Part shown: one piece after another, positions 34,838-44,809 of the stretch
Numbering within the stretch: position 1 is the first letter of the stretch
Layout of the letters: every line of letters starts with the position of its first letter
NCBI RefSeq assembly: GCF_011745625.1
Contig: NW_027191503.1
Location: 1-64,000 of the forward strand
Direction: 5' to 3'
DNA: 64,000 nt
DNA from: Cladosporium halotolerans
Lineage: Eukaryota
Position numbers and translations under genes: made by a program
Notes under the pieces: generated by a model
Told to the model about the DNA's origin: nothing
The model's input: only the letters and a program-made list of their open reading frames with translations
Databases searched by the model: none

Positions 34838-37177
34838 CTATCTCTTGCCTCCCCTGTTCGCCGGCTTCCCTCTCGTAGGTCCCTTACCAGCTCCACCACC
34901 CTTCCTGTCAGGGCCTCTGGCATCGACCTTTCCCTTCTTCCACTCTTTACCGTCTCTCCTATCGTCTCTATCTTGCAATCTCTTCTTCTCCTTGTTACTG
35001 AGCTTGCCCTTCTTACCAGAATCCTTAGCTTTGCTGGCCTCCGGACCGTTGAGCGCCATCCGACCGCGATCTCTGGCATTCTCCTTCTCCTTACCCGACT
35101 GGAACCAGGTCTTCTTAGGCCTCGAAGCAATCTCATCTTGGTGTTTCATAATGTTCTCACTGCGCGTGATATCGCGCTCGGTAGCTTGCAGAGCCTTCTC
35201 CTCCTTCTCCTCACGCATGACGGCTTCGATCTCATCAGCCAGAGCCTCGACGCGCGCGAAGCTCTTGTCGGCTTCTTTGGAATCGACGGTACGCTGCCTG
35301 ATGATGGCGCCTTGCGCACGAGCAGCCTTCACGGCAGCCTTGACGACCTTGCGATCCGGCTCGGCGGCGAGCGTGCATGATCGACCGGTGCGGCCAGCAC
35401 GGGCAGTACGACCGACACGGTGGAGGTAGATCTCGTGCGACTGCGGGGCTTCGTAGTTGATGACAGAGTCGACGCCCTTGATATCGAGACCACGAGAGGC
35501 GACATCGGTGGCGAGGAGGAAGCTGGCGTTGCCAGATCGGAAAGACTCGATAGCTTGGATACGCTGCTCTTGAGACATGGAACCGTGCAGCTCGGCGGCC
35601 TTGAGGCCGCAGAGAGCGAACACGACACGGACGCGGTGAGCCTCTTTCTTCTGCCGGAAGAAGATGATACAGCGGTTGGTGTGGACGTTCTCGCAGAGGT
35701 GGAGGAGGTACCCAAGACGCTTTTGCTCGCGTCCGGGGCGCAGGCGGACGAATTCTTGGACGAGACCCTCGACGGTGGACTTCTGGCTGTCGACCATAAG
35801 ACGGACGGGACGTTGCAGACCGACACGAATCAGATCGTCGACCTTGCTGGTCATGGTAGCGGAGAAAAGCATCGTTTGGCGAGACTTGGGAATTGTGTTG
35901 AGAATCTCGTTCAACTCGTCAGAGAAACCCTCTTCGAGCATGCGGTCAGCTTCATCGAGCACCATGATCTCAATGGTATCAACAGCGAAAGCAGAGGAGT
36001 TACGCATGAAATCGATGAAACGACCAGGAGTGGCGATAACGATGTCAGGGCGCTTCTTCAATTCCTTCTCTTGTTCGCGCGAGTTGAGACCACCAATGGC
36101 TTGACCAAATGTGATGTCGGTGAAAGCAGCGAGCTTCTTCGCCACGTTGAAACACTGCAGCGCCAATTCACGCGTTGGCATCAGGATCGCTACACGGGTA
36201 GTTGCGACCTTCTTCGGGCGATACAGCAGGCGCTCCAAGATAGGAATAAGGAAGGCACCCGTTTTACCAGAACCGGTTTGCGCTCCACCAACAACGTCTT
36301 TGCCGAGCAGTGCAACGGGGATAGTCTTCGCTTGAATTGGAGTAGGCGCACCAAATCCAATGGATGAAAGCCCCTTCAAGATCGGCCTTGACAGGGACAT
36401 GGTGTGGAACGCGGCATCCGTCTTCGATACGGGTCCTTTTCCTCCGTCCATGTTGGACTCCGGCGCAAAGAAGGCGTTCCTCTTTGCAACCTCAGCCGGG
36501 TCTTCTCTTTCTTCCTCGCCTTCTGAACCGGCTTCGTCGTCTGGATGTGCCACCGGAGCCGCGACATCATCATCTTCGTCGTCTTCCTCTTCGTCTTCAT
36601 CCCCGTCCTCGGACCCTTCGTCCTCAGAGCCCTGTTCCGCGCCATCCTCATCCTCATCGTCATCGCCAGTAGCTCCCATACCAAATCCATCGGCCGCCAA
36701 CATCTCATCGTCCTCGTCATCCTGGCGCAGATCTGCCTCACTCTCGCTTTCGGCCTCCGGCGCAGGCTCGTCAACCTTTCTCCTTTTGCCTTGCCTCCGC
36801 GCAACAATCTCATCCACATCCACAGCTGGCCCTCCGTGTCTACTCGACGCTGCAGTAGACTGCTGTTGCTGTGCTGCTGCGCCGGCGCCTAGGCCCCATG
36901 CATCGAACTCCCTCATACCTTCCGCACCGGGATCCTCGAGTTCGAAGTCGAAGTCGGATGCGACACCATCGTCTTCTTCGTCACCCTCATCGCTACGCTT
37001 GCGTTTTTGACCATTGTCGTCCGACTTTTTATCCGCTTTCTTGTTTTTCTTACTTTTCTTAGGCTTTGCGGCCGGAGCCTCTTCCTCTTCTTCGTAGTAT
37101 TCCTCCTCGTCCGGAATATTCTCGTCGTCCGATAGTGTCAAGACGAAATCATCGTCATTCTTGGTTGATGGTGCCAT
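34838..37177 (-). CDS. DRS1: DEAD-box RNA helicase Drs1/DDX27
   Basis: N-terminus [52 protein letters not shown]-terminal RPKKTWFQ. Confidence 0.95.
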   Translation of the reverse strand: MAPSTKNDDDFVLTLSDDENIPDEEEYYEEEEEAPAAKPKKSKKNKKADKKSDDNGQKRKRSDEGDEEDDGVASDFDFELEDPGAEGMREFDAWGLGAGAAAQQQQSTAASSRHGGPAVDVDEIVARRQGKRRKVDEPAPEAESESEADLRQDDEDDEMLAADGFGMGATGDDDEDEDGAEQGSEDEGSEDGDEDEEEDDEDDDVAAPVAHPDDEAGSEGEEEREDPAEVAKRNAFFAPESNMDGGKGPVSKTDAAFHTMSLSRPILKGLSSIGFGAPTPIQAKTIPVALLGKDVVGGAQTGSGKTGAFLIPILERLLYRPKKVATTRVAILMPTRELALQCFNVAKKLAAFTDITFGQAIGGLNSREQEKELKKRPDIVIATPGRFIDFMRNSSAFAVDTIEIMVLDEADRMLEEGFSDELNEILNTIPKSRQTMLFSATMTSKVDDLIRVGLQRPVRLMVDSQKSTVEGLVQEFVRLRPGREQKRLGYLLHLCENVHTNRCIIFFRQKKEAHRVRVVFALCGLKAAELHGSMSQEQRIQAIESFRSGNASFLLATDVASRGLDIKGVDSVINYEAPQSHEIYLHRVGRTARAGRTGRSCTLAAEPDRKVVKAAVKAARAQGAIIRQRTVDSKEADKSFARVEALADEIEAVMREEKEEKALQATERDITRSENIMKHQDEIASRPKKTWFQSGKEKENARDRGRMALNGPEASKAKDSGKKGKLSNKEKKRLQDRDDRRDGKEWKKGKVDARGPDRKGGGAGKGPTRGKPANRGGKR

Positions 37178-38087
37178 GGCTGCAATTGTTTGCACCAAAT
37201 GTGTGTAGTGTCACCAAAAGCGCTATCGCAGGCCTCGTCCTTCGTCTTCACCCCAGCCGAAGCGCTGGAACTTTTTTTAGTCCGAGCCGAGCTTCCCAGA
37301 TGCGCCCGCTTGCGCCGCGCCGACGGCAGGCGTGGGACGGCCCGCTGAGCCGCATCGAAGCTTAGCCTGACCCTTGAGAAAAGGGTCTCAGAACGTTGGA
37401 CGGCACTCTCTTCCGTGGATACTGCATTACTGGCATAAACAGGAGTGTTGCTCTCTGCAAAAGGTATACCAGTGGACCGGAAGAGACTGCTTCCGCACAG
37501 TGATCCTCAACTCTCTGTCAGCCAGAGGACATCGACGTCACCAGGCAACCAGAAGGACTCAGCGGTGCAGAATCTCAACAATCTGCGCACGGATCCAGTC
37601 AAAAAACGGAACCCGGGCTAAAGCTTTTTCCTGAAGGTTGAAGATAGCGAGTTTCACCCTGTCCCGGCGTTTCTGGCATGCATCGGTATGACCAAACGCC
37701 TAAGGTTTCTTCCCCGAACAACCGGTTTCGTCTTCCAGCGTGCCTCTGCTGGATGAACCTTTTGCATGCTAGATGCTATCGAATATTTGTGGAATCTGCA
37801 CGATGCCATCTCTCGAACAGACTCTCAACGACGCAATGGTGGACACCCGACTGTGGGTTCAATGTGCGGTGCTCCGGAGAACCCACACGCCGTGCCCGTG
37901 GGGTCCGTTCAATCAAGCTAAGAGTTTTGCAAGCCTCGTGCCGCTTCTTAATCATGCTTATGCTCCCTAAGATCTCCCTTCCCGCAGCCACAAGCGCGCT
38001 CTCTCGTCGCGCGATCTTCCTTGTACTTGTTGAGACGCATCTTTGATTCATTTTCCTTTGCTTGACGAAGAATACACAGAGGCAATC

Positions 38088-39788
38088 ATGGGTGTTCTCG
38101 CAAAGGTTGAAGACAGGCCAACACCTCCGGCGGTGTACAACTGGCGCGTCTATGTTTCCGCCATGGTGGCTTCCTTTGCTTCGTGCATGATTGGGTACAC
38201 TACCTCGTTCATCGGAACAACAGTGGCCCTTGACTCCTTTGGCAACGAGTTTGGTTTCGATGAAATGAGTACGGCAGAATCGACTCTCATCAAAGCCAAC
38301 GTCGTCTCGCTCTTCCAAGCAGGCGCCTTCTTTGGATCGCCTCTCGCGTATACTACATGCCATTACATTGGCAGAGTGAAGAGTCTTTGGATCACTGCAA
38401 GCATCTTCATCGTTGGAGCTGCAATTACTTTTGCGTCCATCAACGGTGAGCTGGGGCCGCTTTATGCAAGCAGAATCATTTGTGGTCTTGGTGTTGGCGG
38501 TTGCACCATGGTTGTAAGTGCATGGGTGCCCAAAAGGCTCGCTAGTTACCCTTATTGACGGACCGAAGGTTCCTATCTACATCGCAGAAATGGCTCCGCC
38601 AGCCATTCGCGGGCGTCTTGTCGGTACATATGAACTTGGTTGGCAAATCGGTGGTCTGGTTGGATTCTGGATAAACTACGGCATGATCAACACTTTGCCT
38701 GGAAGCCGGAACCAATGGTTGATCCCTTTCGCCATTCAGCTTGTGCCTGCAGGGATGCTGCTTATTGGCAGCTTGATGCTGAAGGAGACGCCCCGCTGGC
38801 TCTTCACGAAAGGCCGGTACGACGAAGGTATCAAGAACCTATGCTGGATCAGGAAACTGGAAGCCGATCACACATACATTCTTGAAGAGATCGCAATGAT
38901 GGAACAACAGATTCAGGACCTTCCTCGGGGCTTCTTTTCGCCAATCAAGGATGCTTTGGAGGATTCGAAGACCCGTTGGCGGTTGTTCCTTGGTCACTCG
39001 CTATTCATTCTGCAGAACTTTGCAGGTGTCAACGCCATCGTAAGTCCGCATTTTCGTCTGGCATTCGCGAATCTTAATCATATACTGACTCATCTCAGAA
39101 CTACTATTCCCCTGACATCTTCAGATCAGTCGGCATCAGAAGCCAGGATACTATCTACCTTACTACCGGCCTTTTCGGCGTGGTCAAAACGGTCATCACT
39201 GTCTTCTGGCTCACAGTTCTCATTGACAAATGGGGTCGTCGCCAACTCCTGATCTTCGGAGCCATTGGCGGTTCCGTGACTATGTTTATCATTGGCGCTC
39301 TCGTCACCACTAGGGTCCACTCCGACACCCCTACCACTATGAGCCTGTCATCTTCTGGCATCGCCACCGTCTTCATGGTTTACCTCTGGACGGCCATCTA
39401 CGTCAACTCCTGGAACGGCACTCCCTGGGTCATCAACGCCGAAATGTTCAGCCAACGCACCCGCAACATCGGGCAGCTCTTCGCTTCGATGGCCAACTGG
39501 CTCTGGACATTCATCATCGCCCGCATCACGCCCAACATGATCGACGGCATGGGCGAGTCGGGCTACGGCATGTACTTCCTCTTCGGCGCCGTGACTCTCT
39601 GCGGCCTCGCTTTCGTGTGGTTCTTCATCCCGGAGACGAAGTCCGTGCCGCTCGACAAGATGGACCGTCTCTTTGAAATCCGGCCCACTAGCAAGGCTCA
39701 TCGCACGGTTATGGAAGAGGCGCAGAACGAGTCGTTCGATCATGATGAGATTGTGGCGAAGCTGGAGAAGCCGGACCATGTAGCATAG
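38088..39788 (+). CDS. MFS sugar-porter, quinate permease (QutD/qa-y)-like (introns about 38514-38568, 39040-39098)
   Basis: MGVLAKVEDRPTPPAVYNWRVY, PIYIAEMAPPAIRGRL, ETPRWL, AI|NYYSP, DKWGRR, WNGTPWVINAEMF, IPETK. Confidence 0.9.
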
Positions 39789-40131
39789 ACACACCGGCGC
39801 ACTGCGGCACCCGGTGGATTTAGAGGGCTTTTGTAATGATATTTCTTCATAACTTGAACCGAAAAAGATCCGTCAGATTCGGAGACGCTGCGACTCTGCC
39901 GCGCTGTGAGGTGAATGCTTGTAAATGGCGCCTTTGAGATAGATTCAGGATTCTACTGCCGTACCATAGTTGCGGTTACATTGCCGTTCTTCGGGTACGA
40001 TGCCTATTATCTTTACCATTGGCAAAAGCGCCAGGATCGTTGAAGCCCACCAAGTCAACAGAATCATCCGCTCGCTCGTTTAGTACAGAACATTTATGAA
40101 CATCATATTTTATAGAAGTTGAACAAAGAGC

Positions 40132-40250
40132 ACATACGACCACAGGTCAGTGAAAACTGGGCATCCCGTCCGCTCTGCCATACATAAGCACTGAACCGGG
40201 CGACTAGTACTAGAGTGGGTGACCATCTGGGAATCCCGCCTGTTGTATGT
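40132..40250 (+). rRNA. Dispersed 5S rRNA gene (119 nt)
   Basis: ACATACGACC...CATCCCGTCCGCTC...TAGTAC..GTGGGTGACCA..TGGGAATCC...GTTGTATGT with pairing ends, followed by a T-run Pol III terminator. TATA-like TTTATAGAA about 20-25 nt upstream. Confidence 0.96.
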
Positions 40251-40393
40251 TTTTGCAATTGGGTCGCATGACAGTAAGACTAGCATTTGCTTTTTACTTC
40301 GTTAACTACCGCTTATCGCAAAGGGCAAGCGAGTGTACAGCGCGGAAATACTTCAAATCTGAAGCTTTCCTTCTATCTTTCTACGCTATGGTT

Positions 40394-41496
40394 TCAGACG
40401 CAGTGGAGAGATCCATCGGCATGGGAGTGGCAATTCTGCAACAAAGTTAGCCATACAAGTCTCAGAAATGACATGCGAGTACTCTCACCTCGCCATTAGC
40501 GGTGTCATCTGCATCCGCACTGTCAGAGCCGGCAGAAGACGGCTCAGCGACCGCTGCAGATGTTGTGGTTGCAGATGAAGCTGCAGTACTCTCCGCCGAC
40601 GAGGCGGTTGTTGTAGCGCTCGCCGATGACGCAGAGCCGGCGCTTGTGGCAGTGGCTGTCGCCATGGAACTGCTCGTCTCGGAAGCCAAGGGGCCAGACG
40701 GACCCGGGCAACCTTCGCCTGGCAAGATCATGTCGTAGGCGTATGCCTCCAAAGCAAAGTACTGCAAGCCGTCTGAGTCACGAGTGGTGTTCGTGCTGTT
40801 GTTAGCCGCAGCTTCTACGATTCCCTCATAGCCTTCGGCGTAATGGTCGATGAAACCCTGGCCGATCTCTGGCAGGTGGTAGAGACGGTGAATGAGATCC
40901 GAGGCCCAGAAAATGAGGCGCGAACTCTCGCGAACATTGTAGCCTTGTGCGCAGAGCGTGGACAGAGGGCGGCGCTCGAAGAAGGAGGTCGGACAGATGA
41001 CCGTTTCGTGGGAGGCGTTGTCGCCGCGGTAGTGTCCGCCCCAAGCTTGTTGTCATATTAGCATATCTCTTTAAGCTATCGGTGTAAAATAGCACTCACT
41101 CGGCATCAGCTCGCAGTTGCCATCGGGGTCGTCGCAGCGGAAGAGAGTCTCTTCTTTGTTGCCGTTGATAACGATGTCGAAAGCGCCGATAACGTCAGTG
41201 GTCGGTGCCGAAGTGCCAAAGTATTTGCGGTAGATGTCGCTGGTGTGGCCCCATCTGTTCACATGGTCTTTGGCATGGTGAGCGAGCTCGACGGCCTCAT
41301 TCAAGCCTTGGCGAAGCTGGTAAGCTTGAGATGCATTGCAGCTCGAATGGATACGGAAGTCATAGACAGCTCCGGCATCCCAAGGCTGTTGTTCGGTGAC
41401 TTCGAAGGGTGCTTGTCTCTTCGTGAGCTCGATTGGGGTTGGAGCGCCTGATACCGCGAGGGCAAATAGAAGAACGTTTGCGGTGAGAGACAACAT
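40394..41496 (-). CDS. Pra1/Aspf2-type secreted zincophore, 3 exons (introns about 41046-41099, 40437-40488)
   Basis: Signal peptide, IHSSCN, FRCDDPDGNC, WGGHYRG, ETVIC, WASDLIHRLYH, LQYFALEAYAYD, S/T/A-rich linker, C-terminal CHSHADGSLHCV*. Confidence 0.93.
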
Positions 41497-41582
41497 TGTC
41501 GCTTGCGATGTATGCCGGGCAATCTTCGAGCTGATTCAGGACCCTTCAGCATATGGGCGGCACCTGCAAGTACTTATAAGCT

Positions 41583-42417
41583 GCCAGGCCATATCTCTGA
41601 GTTCAACCGGTGACGCATCAACGCAAATCTCTCACCGTGACCAAGAGTATTGGCTCGGCTAAGCGATGGCGTCCGATGGACAAGACCTTGGCCCTGCCAT
41701 TGAGGTGAGGTTTCGCTTCAGACTGTTCTTGAGGTTGAGAAGACGTGATTTCCGGCTGGCAAAGCTGATGAGATGAGGGAAGACGGATGAGAACAGGGAG
41801 ATGGTCGGGCACCTGTGTAAGGTATAATCATAGGAAACTAACTAGCATTGCTGCAACAAGATCTGTTTCAGATGTATCAAAAATGCTGCTTGGTTCTGAA
41901 GTGAAGATCTGCCAAGAGTATGGCAATGCAAAAGCGGTGTTCTGTTCATCAAGGTACTCTGCACGCAAAAACAGATCTTGGCCTTGTGAGAGGGGTCCGG
42001 CGATGAATATCACGAACCTCAAAACGCTGAAAACGACTTTCTGATGGCGTCGCATGCTTGCCTGCAATCAAAAGCCAGTACACGCTGTTCTGGCATCCAT
42101 GTATCAATCAGCCAACGTTACGATCCTACCTGCAGCGTACCAGGCGGCCAGGCTTGCCATGCATGTCTTTTGGTAGAAGACCTGAATGCTGATCAGATCA
42201 AAGAGTGAGAGATCTTTCCCACTTCACTCCTGCTGAGCCTTGGCGCACCTTGATGATAGTTGGTTGACGAGCTTGGAGTTGGAGCCGCATGCAGGGAAGC
42301 GAAGGGAAGCTCGAGAAAGCAATCACGTCAAGCCCGAGATACCACGGATGGATTCCGCGCCTATAGATGTTGAATTGGATACCCAACCCTAACCCTACTA
42401 GCTCCAAATCCCTTGGC
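41583..42417. promoter_or_regulatory. Cluster of PacC/Rim101 (GCCARG) and ZafA/Zap1-like (CAAGGT) motifs upstream of the zincophore gene
   Basis: GCCARG on either strand at 41583, 41687, 41911, 41977, 42147, 42239 and 42412. CAAGGT on either strand at 41685, 41950 and 42247. Confidence 0.55.
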
Positions 42418-42655
42418 GCGGCATGTTTACAAGTGAGCGCAGGAGGATTCCCACAGTCGCTAGCTGCGCCAATAGCGGCTGGAGATTGACGCCGACCAGA
42501 CGCAATCTTGCCAGCCGTGGGGCGAACCTGGTGCGGCTGAAGATTGCATATTGCTGCTCAAGACGATGTGCCGGCATATGCTCATGGCTGTCGAGGCGAA
42601 TGCCTCAGCAGCTCTGTGTCAGCCTTTGTTATTATTCCTAGATGCCCCGTTTTGA

Positions 42656-44809
42656 ATGTTGGTCATGTCTTTTTCGAAGCGAATCAAGAGCGATGGCGCG
42701 AGGAGATATATGTTTGACATCTGGCAGCCTCTGCTCCTCTTGATGTTAATGACCATTTTCACGGCCACTTTCTACAGCTACCAGGACCCCTTCGCGAGCA
42801 GCAGCGATGACTTCTTCTGCAACGCAGATGGAAACGTTCAGCTGCAGAACTTTGGTATGTACAAGCCATTCTGGGACCCGAACTTGTTCTTCACCATCAA
42901 CATACCGTACGGCACATTCTCTTTCACGGCCGCCAAGATCATAGATGCCGGCTGGGATCTCGTCGTCGGCCGGGGTGGCCAAATGGTGGCGGCGCTCATG
43001 GCCTACCGCATTTTGCGTAGATCTCTGACTCTCATCCTTGAGAACCGACCCACGCCTATCGGAGCCGTCACCGCATTCTGTTGTCAGCAAGTCTCGCTGA
43101 TATCTGGATGGGAGCTTCTCCGTACGTCGCTCGGGTTTGGAAGGCTGCAGGCAAAGCAGTCATGGCAAGGACGTCGTGCAAGTGGAGTGCGCATAGCAGG
43201 ACACCTGGTAGTGTTTGCATACGTGCTGTCGTTCGCAACCCTGGCTTCCGTCATGACCGGCTATCAGGCGCGATTGTCGGGCGTCTTTGACTACAACGAA
43301 GGCAGTGCTAGCCAGGTGAAGCCGCTTGGCGACGTATACCGGTCAGAACTCATGATCCACGACGGGCGAAGGATCGGGCTGGCGCAGGACGAAATGCGGT
43401 TTCGCGGAGCGACGGATTCGATCTCCACCGTGCGAGACATGGTGGCATTTCTGCGCGACTCCGGCAGACGGGATGATCCTTACGGTACTCTGGTTGATTG
43501 TGTGTACTATCCTCTCCATTTCGCTGCCAGATCACGATCCTCCGCTGACCACGACCCTGCAGATTTCTATACTTGTGCGGGCCTACAAGATTGGGCCATA
43601 AGCAAGGAGTGGTATGGAGGAGTTAGTAACGAGTCAGTGACGGCCGCATGTTTCGATCACCAATGCTCATGCACGCTTCCCGAGACTAGCGGCTCAGAAT
43701 CGCTAACAGTTCAAAAACGGGTCAGCCTCATGACAAGCAATATAACCCTTAACACGGAGCTGTGGACCATCGGACCGCCACTGCTCAACATTTCTGGCAC
43801 GATGCGCGTAGGTTTCATGCCTGACTTGGATGCGAATATCTCCAGTGCCGAGTCCTTCTTCAATGGGACCGGGGGCAGGTTCTTCAGTAACGGGTATGTA
43901 TCAACAGTCGATTGGCGCAGCGTCGGTTCCATCTCCAACTACGGCTACAATGGCTTGGGAGTGGAGGTGGACTTTGTCAAAGACACCGGCCGCTGTATCG
44001 CCGACGAAGCATATTCATGGGGATTCTCCTCACTGCTATTGCTGACCTTCTGCTCTTCGACGCTTCTATTTGCGCTCGTGTTGATTCTTCTGCAAACGGA
44101 CGTCTACTGGAACAGCCACTCGGACCGCGATCCACAGCATTACAGTATCTACAGCGATATCCTCTGGCTTGCCAAAGGGCTTAGCTTTCACCTAGGGACT
44201 GATCTGGACTCCTTATCACCGAAGGACCTCGAAAAACGAGTCGAGAACGATAGAATGGGAATAGTCGTGGAAGTGGACGAGTTGCGTCTTTCGAGATACC
44301 AGCTTTCGATCACTAAAGTCGGGGCCTCGAGATACAGAGTTTTCTGGTCTCGTATCGCTGGCTTTCGCTTCCCTAGGCTTCACCAATGGCGCCGAATGCT
44401 TGACGACTTCAACGAGTGGCGCCAAAGGCCAGCGCCGAGAGCTGAGGCGCATGGATCTGAAGAGGATGTGATGAGAGAGGCTGCTAGAGGAGCAAGGCAT
44501 GACACTCGCGAAGCGTCGAGTGAACTTTTGGCAGACGAAGAGCTCGTCGTGGGGAACAATTCGCGCAAACAAACGCAAGGCTCTATTGCAACCACGGCCA
44601 CCGATGCTTTGCAGAGCGAGCGCGGATCGCAAGAGGGGTCGACAAGCGCTGCCTCCGAGTCCGAGCTAGGGCAACGAGCCTCGAACGCGTCGCTCCAAAG
44701 CATTGCTCGCCGTCCAATCACACAACGAAGCTCCCAGCATAGTGAAACGACCATGCTCATCAGTAGAGACTCTGGTGATGGGTCACCGCGAACAGATACG
44801 CGTGCATGA
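42656..44809 (+). CDS. Uncharacterised multi-pass membrane protein (probable in-frame intron 43500-43562)
   Basis: Long ORF with several hydrophobic segments, WDLVVGRGGQ, SVMTGY, C...YSWGFS and Cys/N-glycan-rich luminal loops. Start uncertain. Confidence 0.7.
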   Translation: MLVMSFSKRIKSDGARRYMFDIWQPLLLLMLMTIFTATFYSYQDPFASSSDDFFCNADGNVQLQNFGMYKPFWDPNLFFTINIPYGTFSFTAAKIIDAGWDLVVGRGGQMVAALMAYRILRRSLTLILENRPTPIGAVTAFCCQQVSLISGWELLRTSLGFGRLQAKQSWQGRRASGVRIAGHLVVFAYVLSFATLASVMTGYQARLSGVFDYNEGSASQVKPLGDVYRSELMIHDGRRIGLAQDEMRFRGATDSISTVRDMVAFLRDSGRRDDPYGTLVDCVYYPLHFAARSRSSADHDPADFYTCAGLQDWAISKEWYGGVSNESVTAACFDHQCSCTLPETSGSESLTVQKRVSLMTSNITLNTELWTIGPPLLNISGTMRVGFMPDLDANISSAESFFNGTGGRFFSNGYVSTVDWRSVGSISNYGYNGLGVEVDFVKDTGRCIADEAYSWGFSSLLLLTFCSSTLLFALVLILLQTDVYWNSHSDRDPQHYSIYSDILWLAKGLSFHLGTDLDSLSPKDLEKRVENDRMGIVVEVDELRLSRYQLSITKVGASRYRVFWSRIAGFRFPRLHQWRRMLDDFNEWRQRPAPRAEAHGSEEDVMREAARGARHDTREASSELLADEELVVGNNSRKQTQGSIATTATDALQSERGSQEGSTSAASESELGQRASNASLQSIARRPITQRSSQHSETTMLISRDSGDGSPRTDTRA

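Noticed and set aside
42382..42396. Telomerase RNA template
   Set aside because: Too little intergenic space for a kb-scale fungal TER, and no recognisable pseudoknot.
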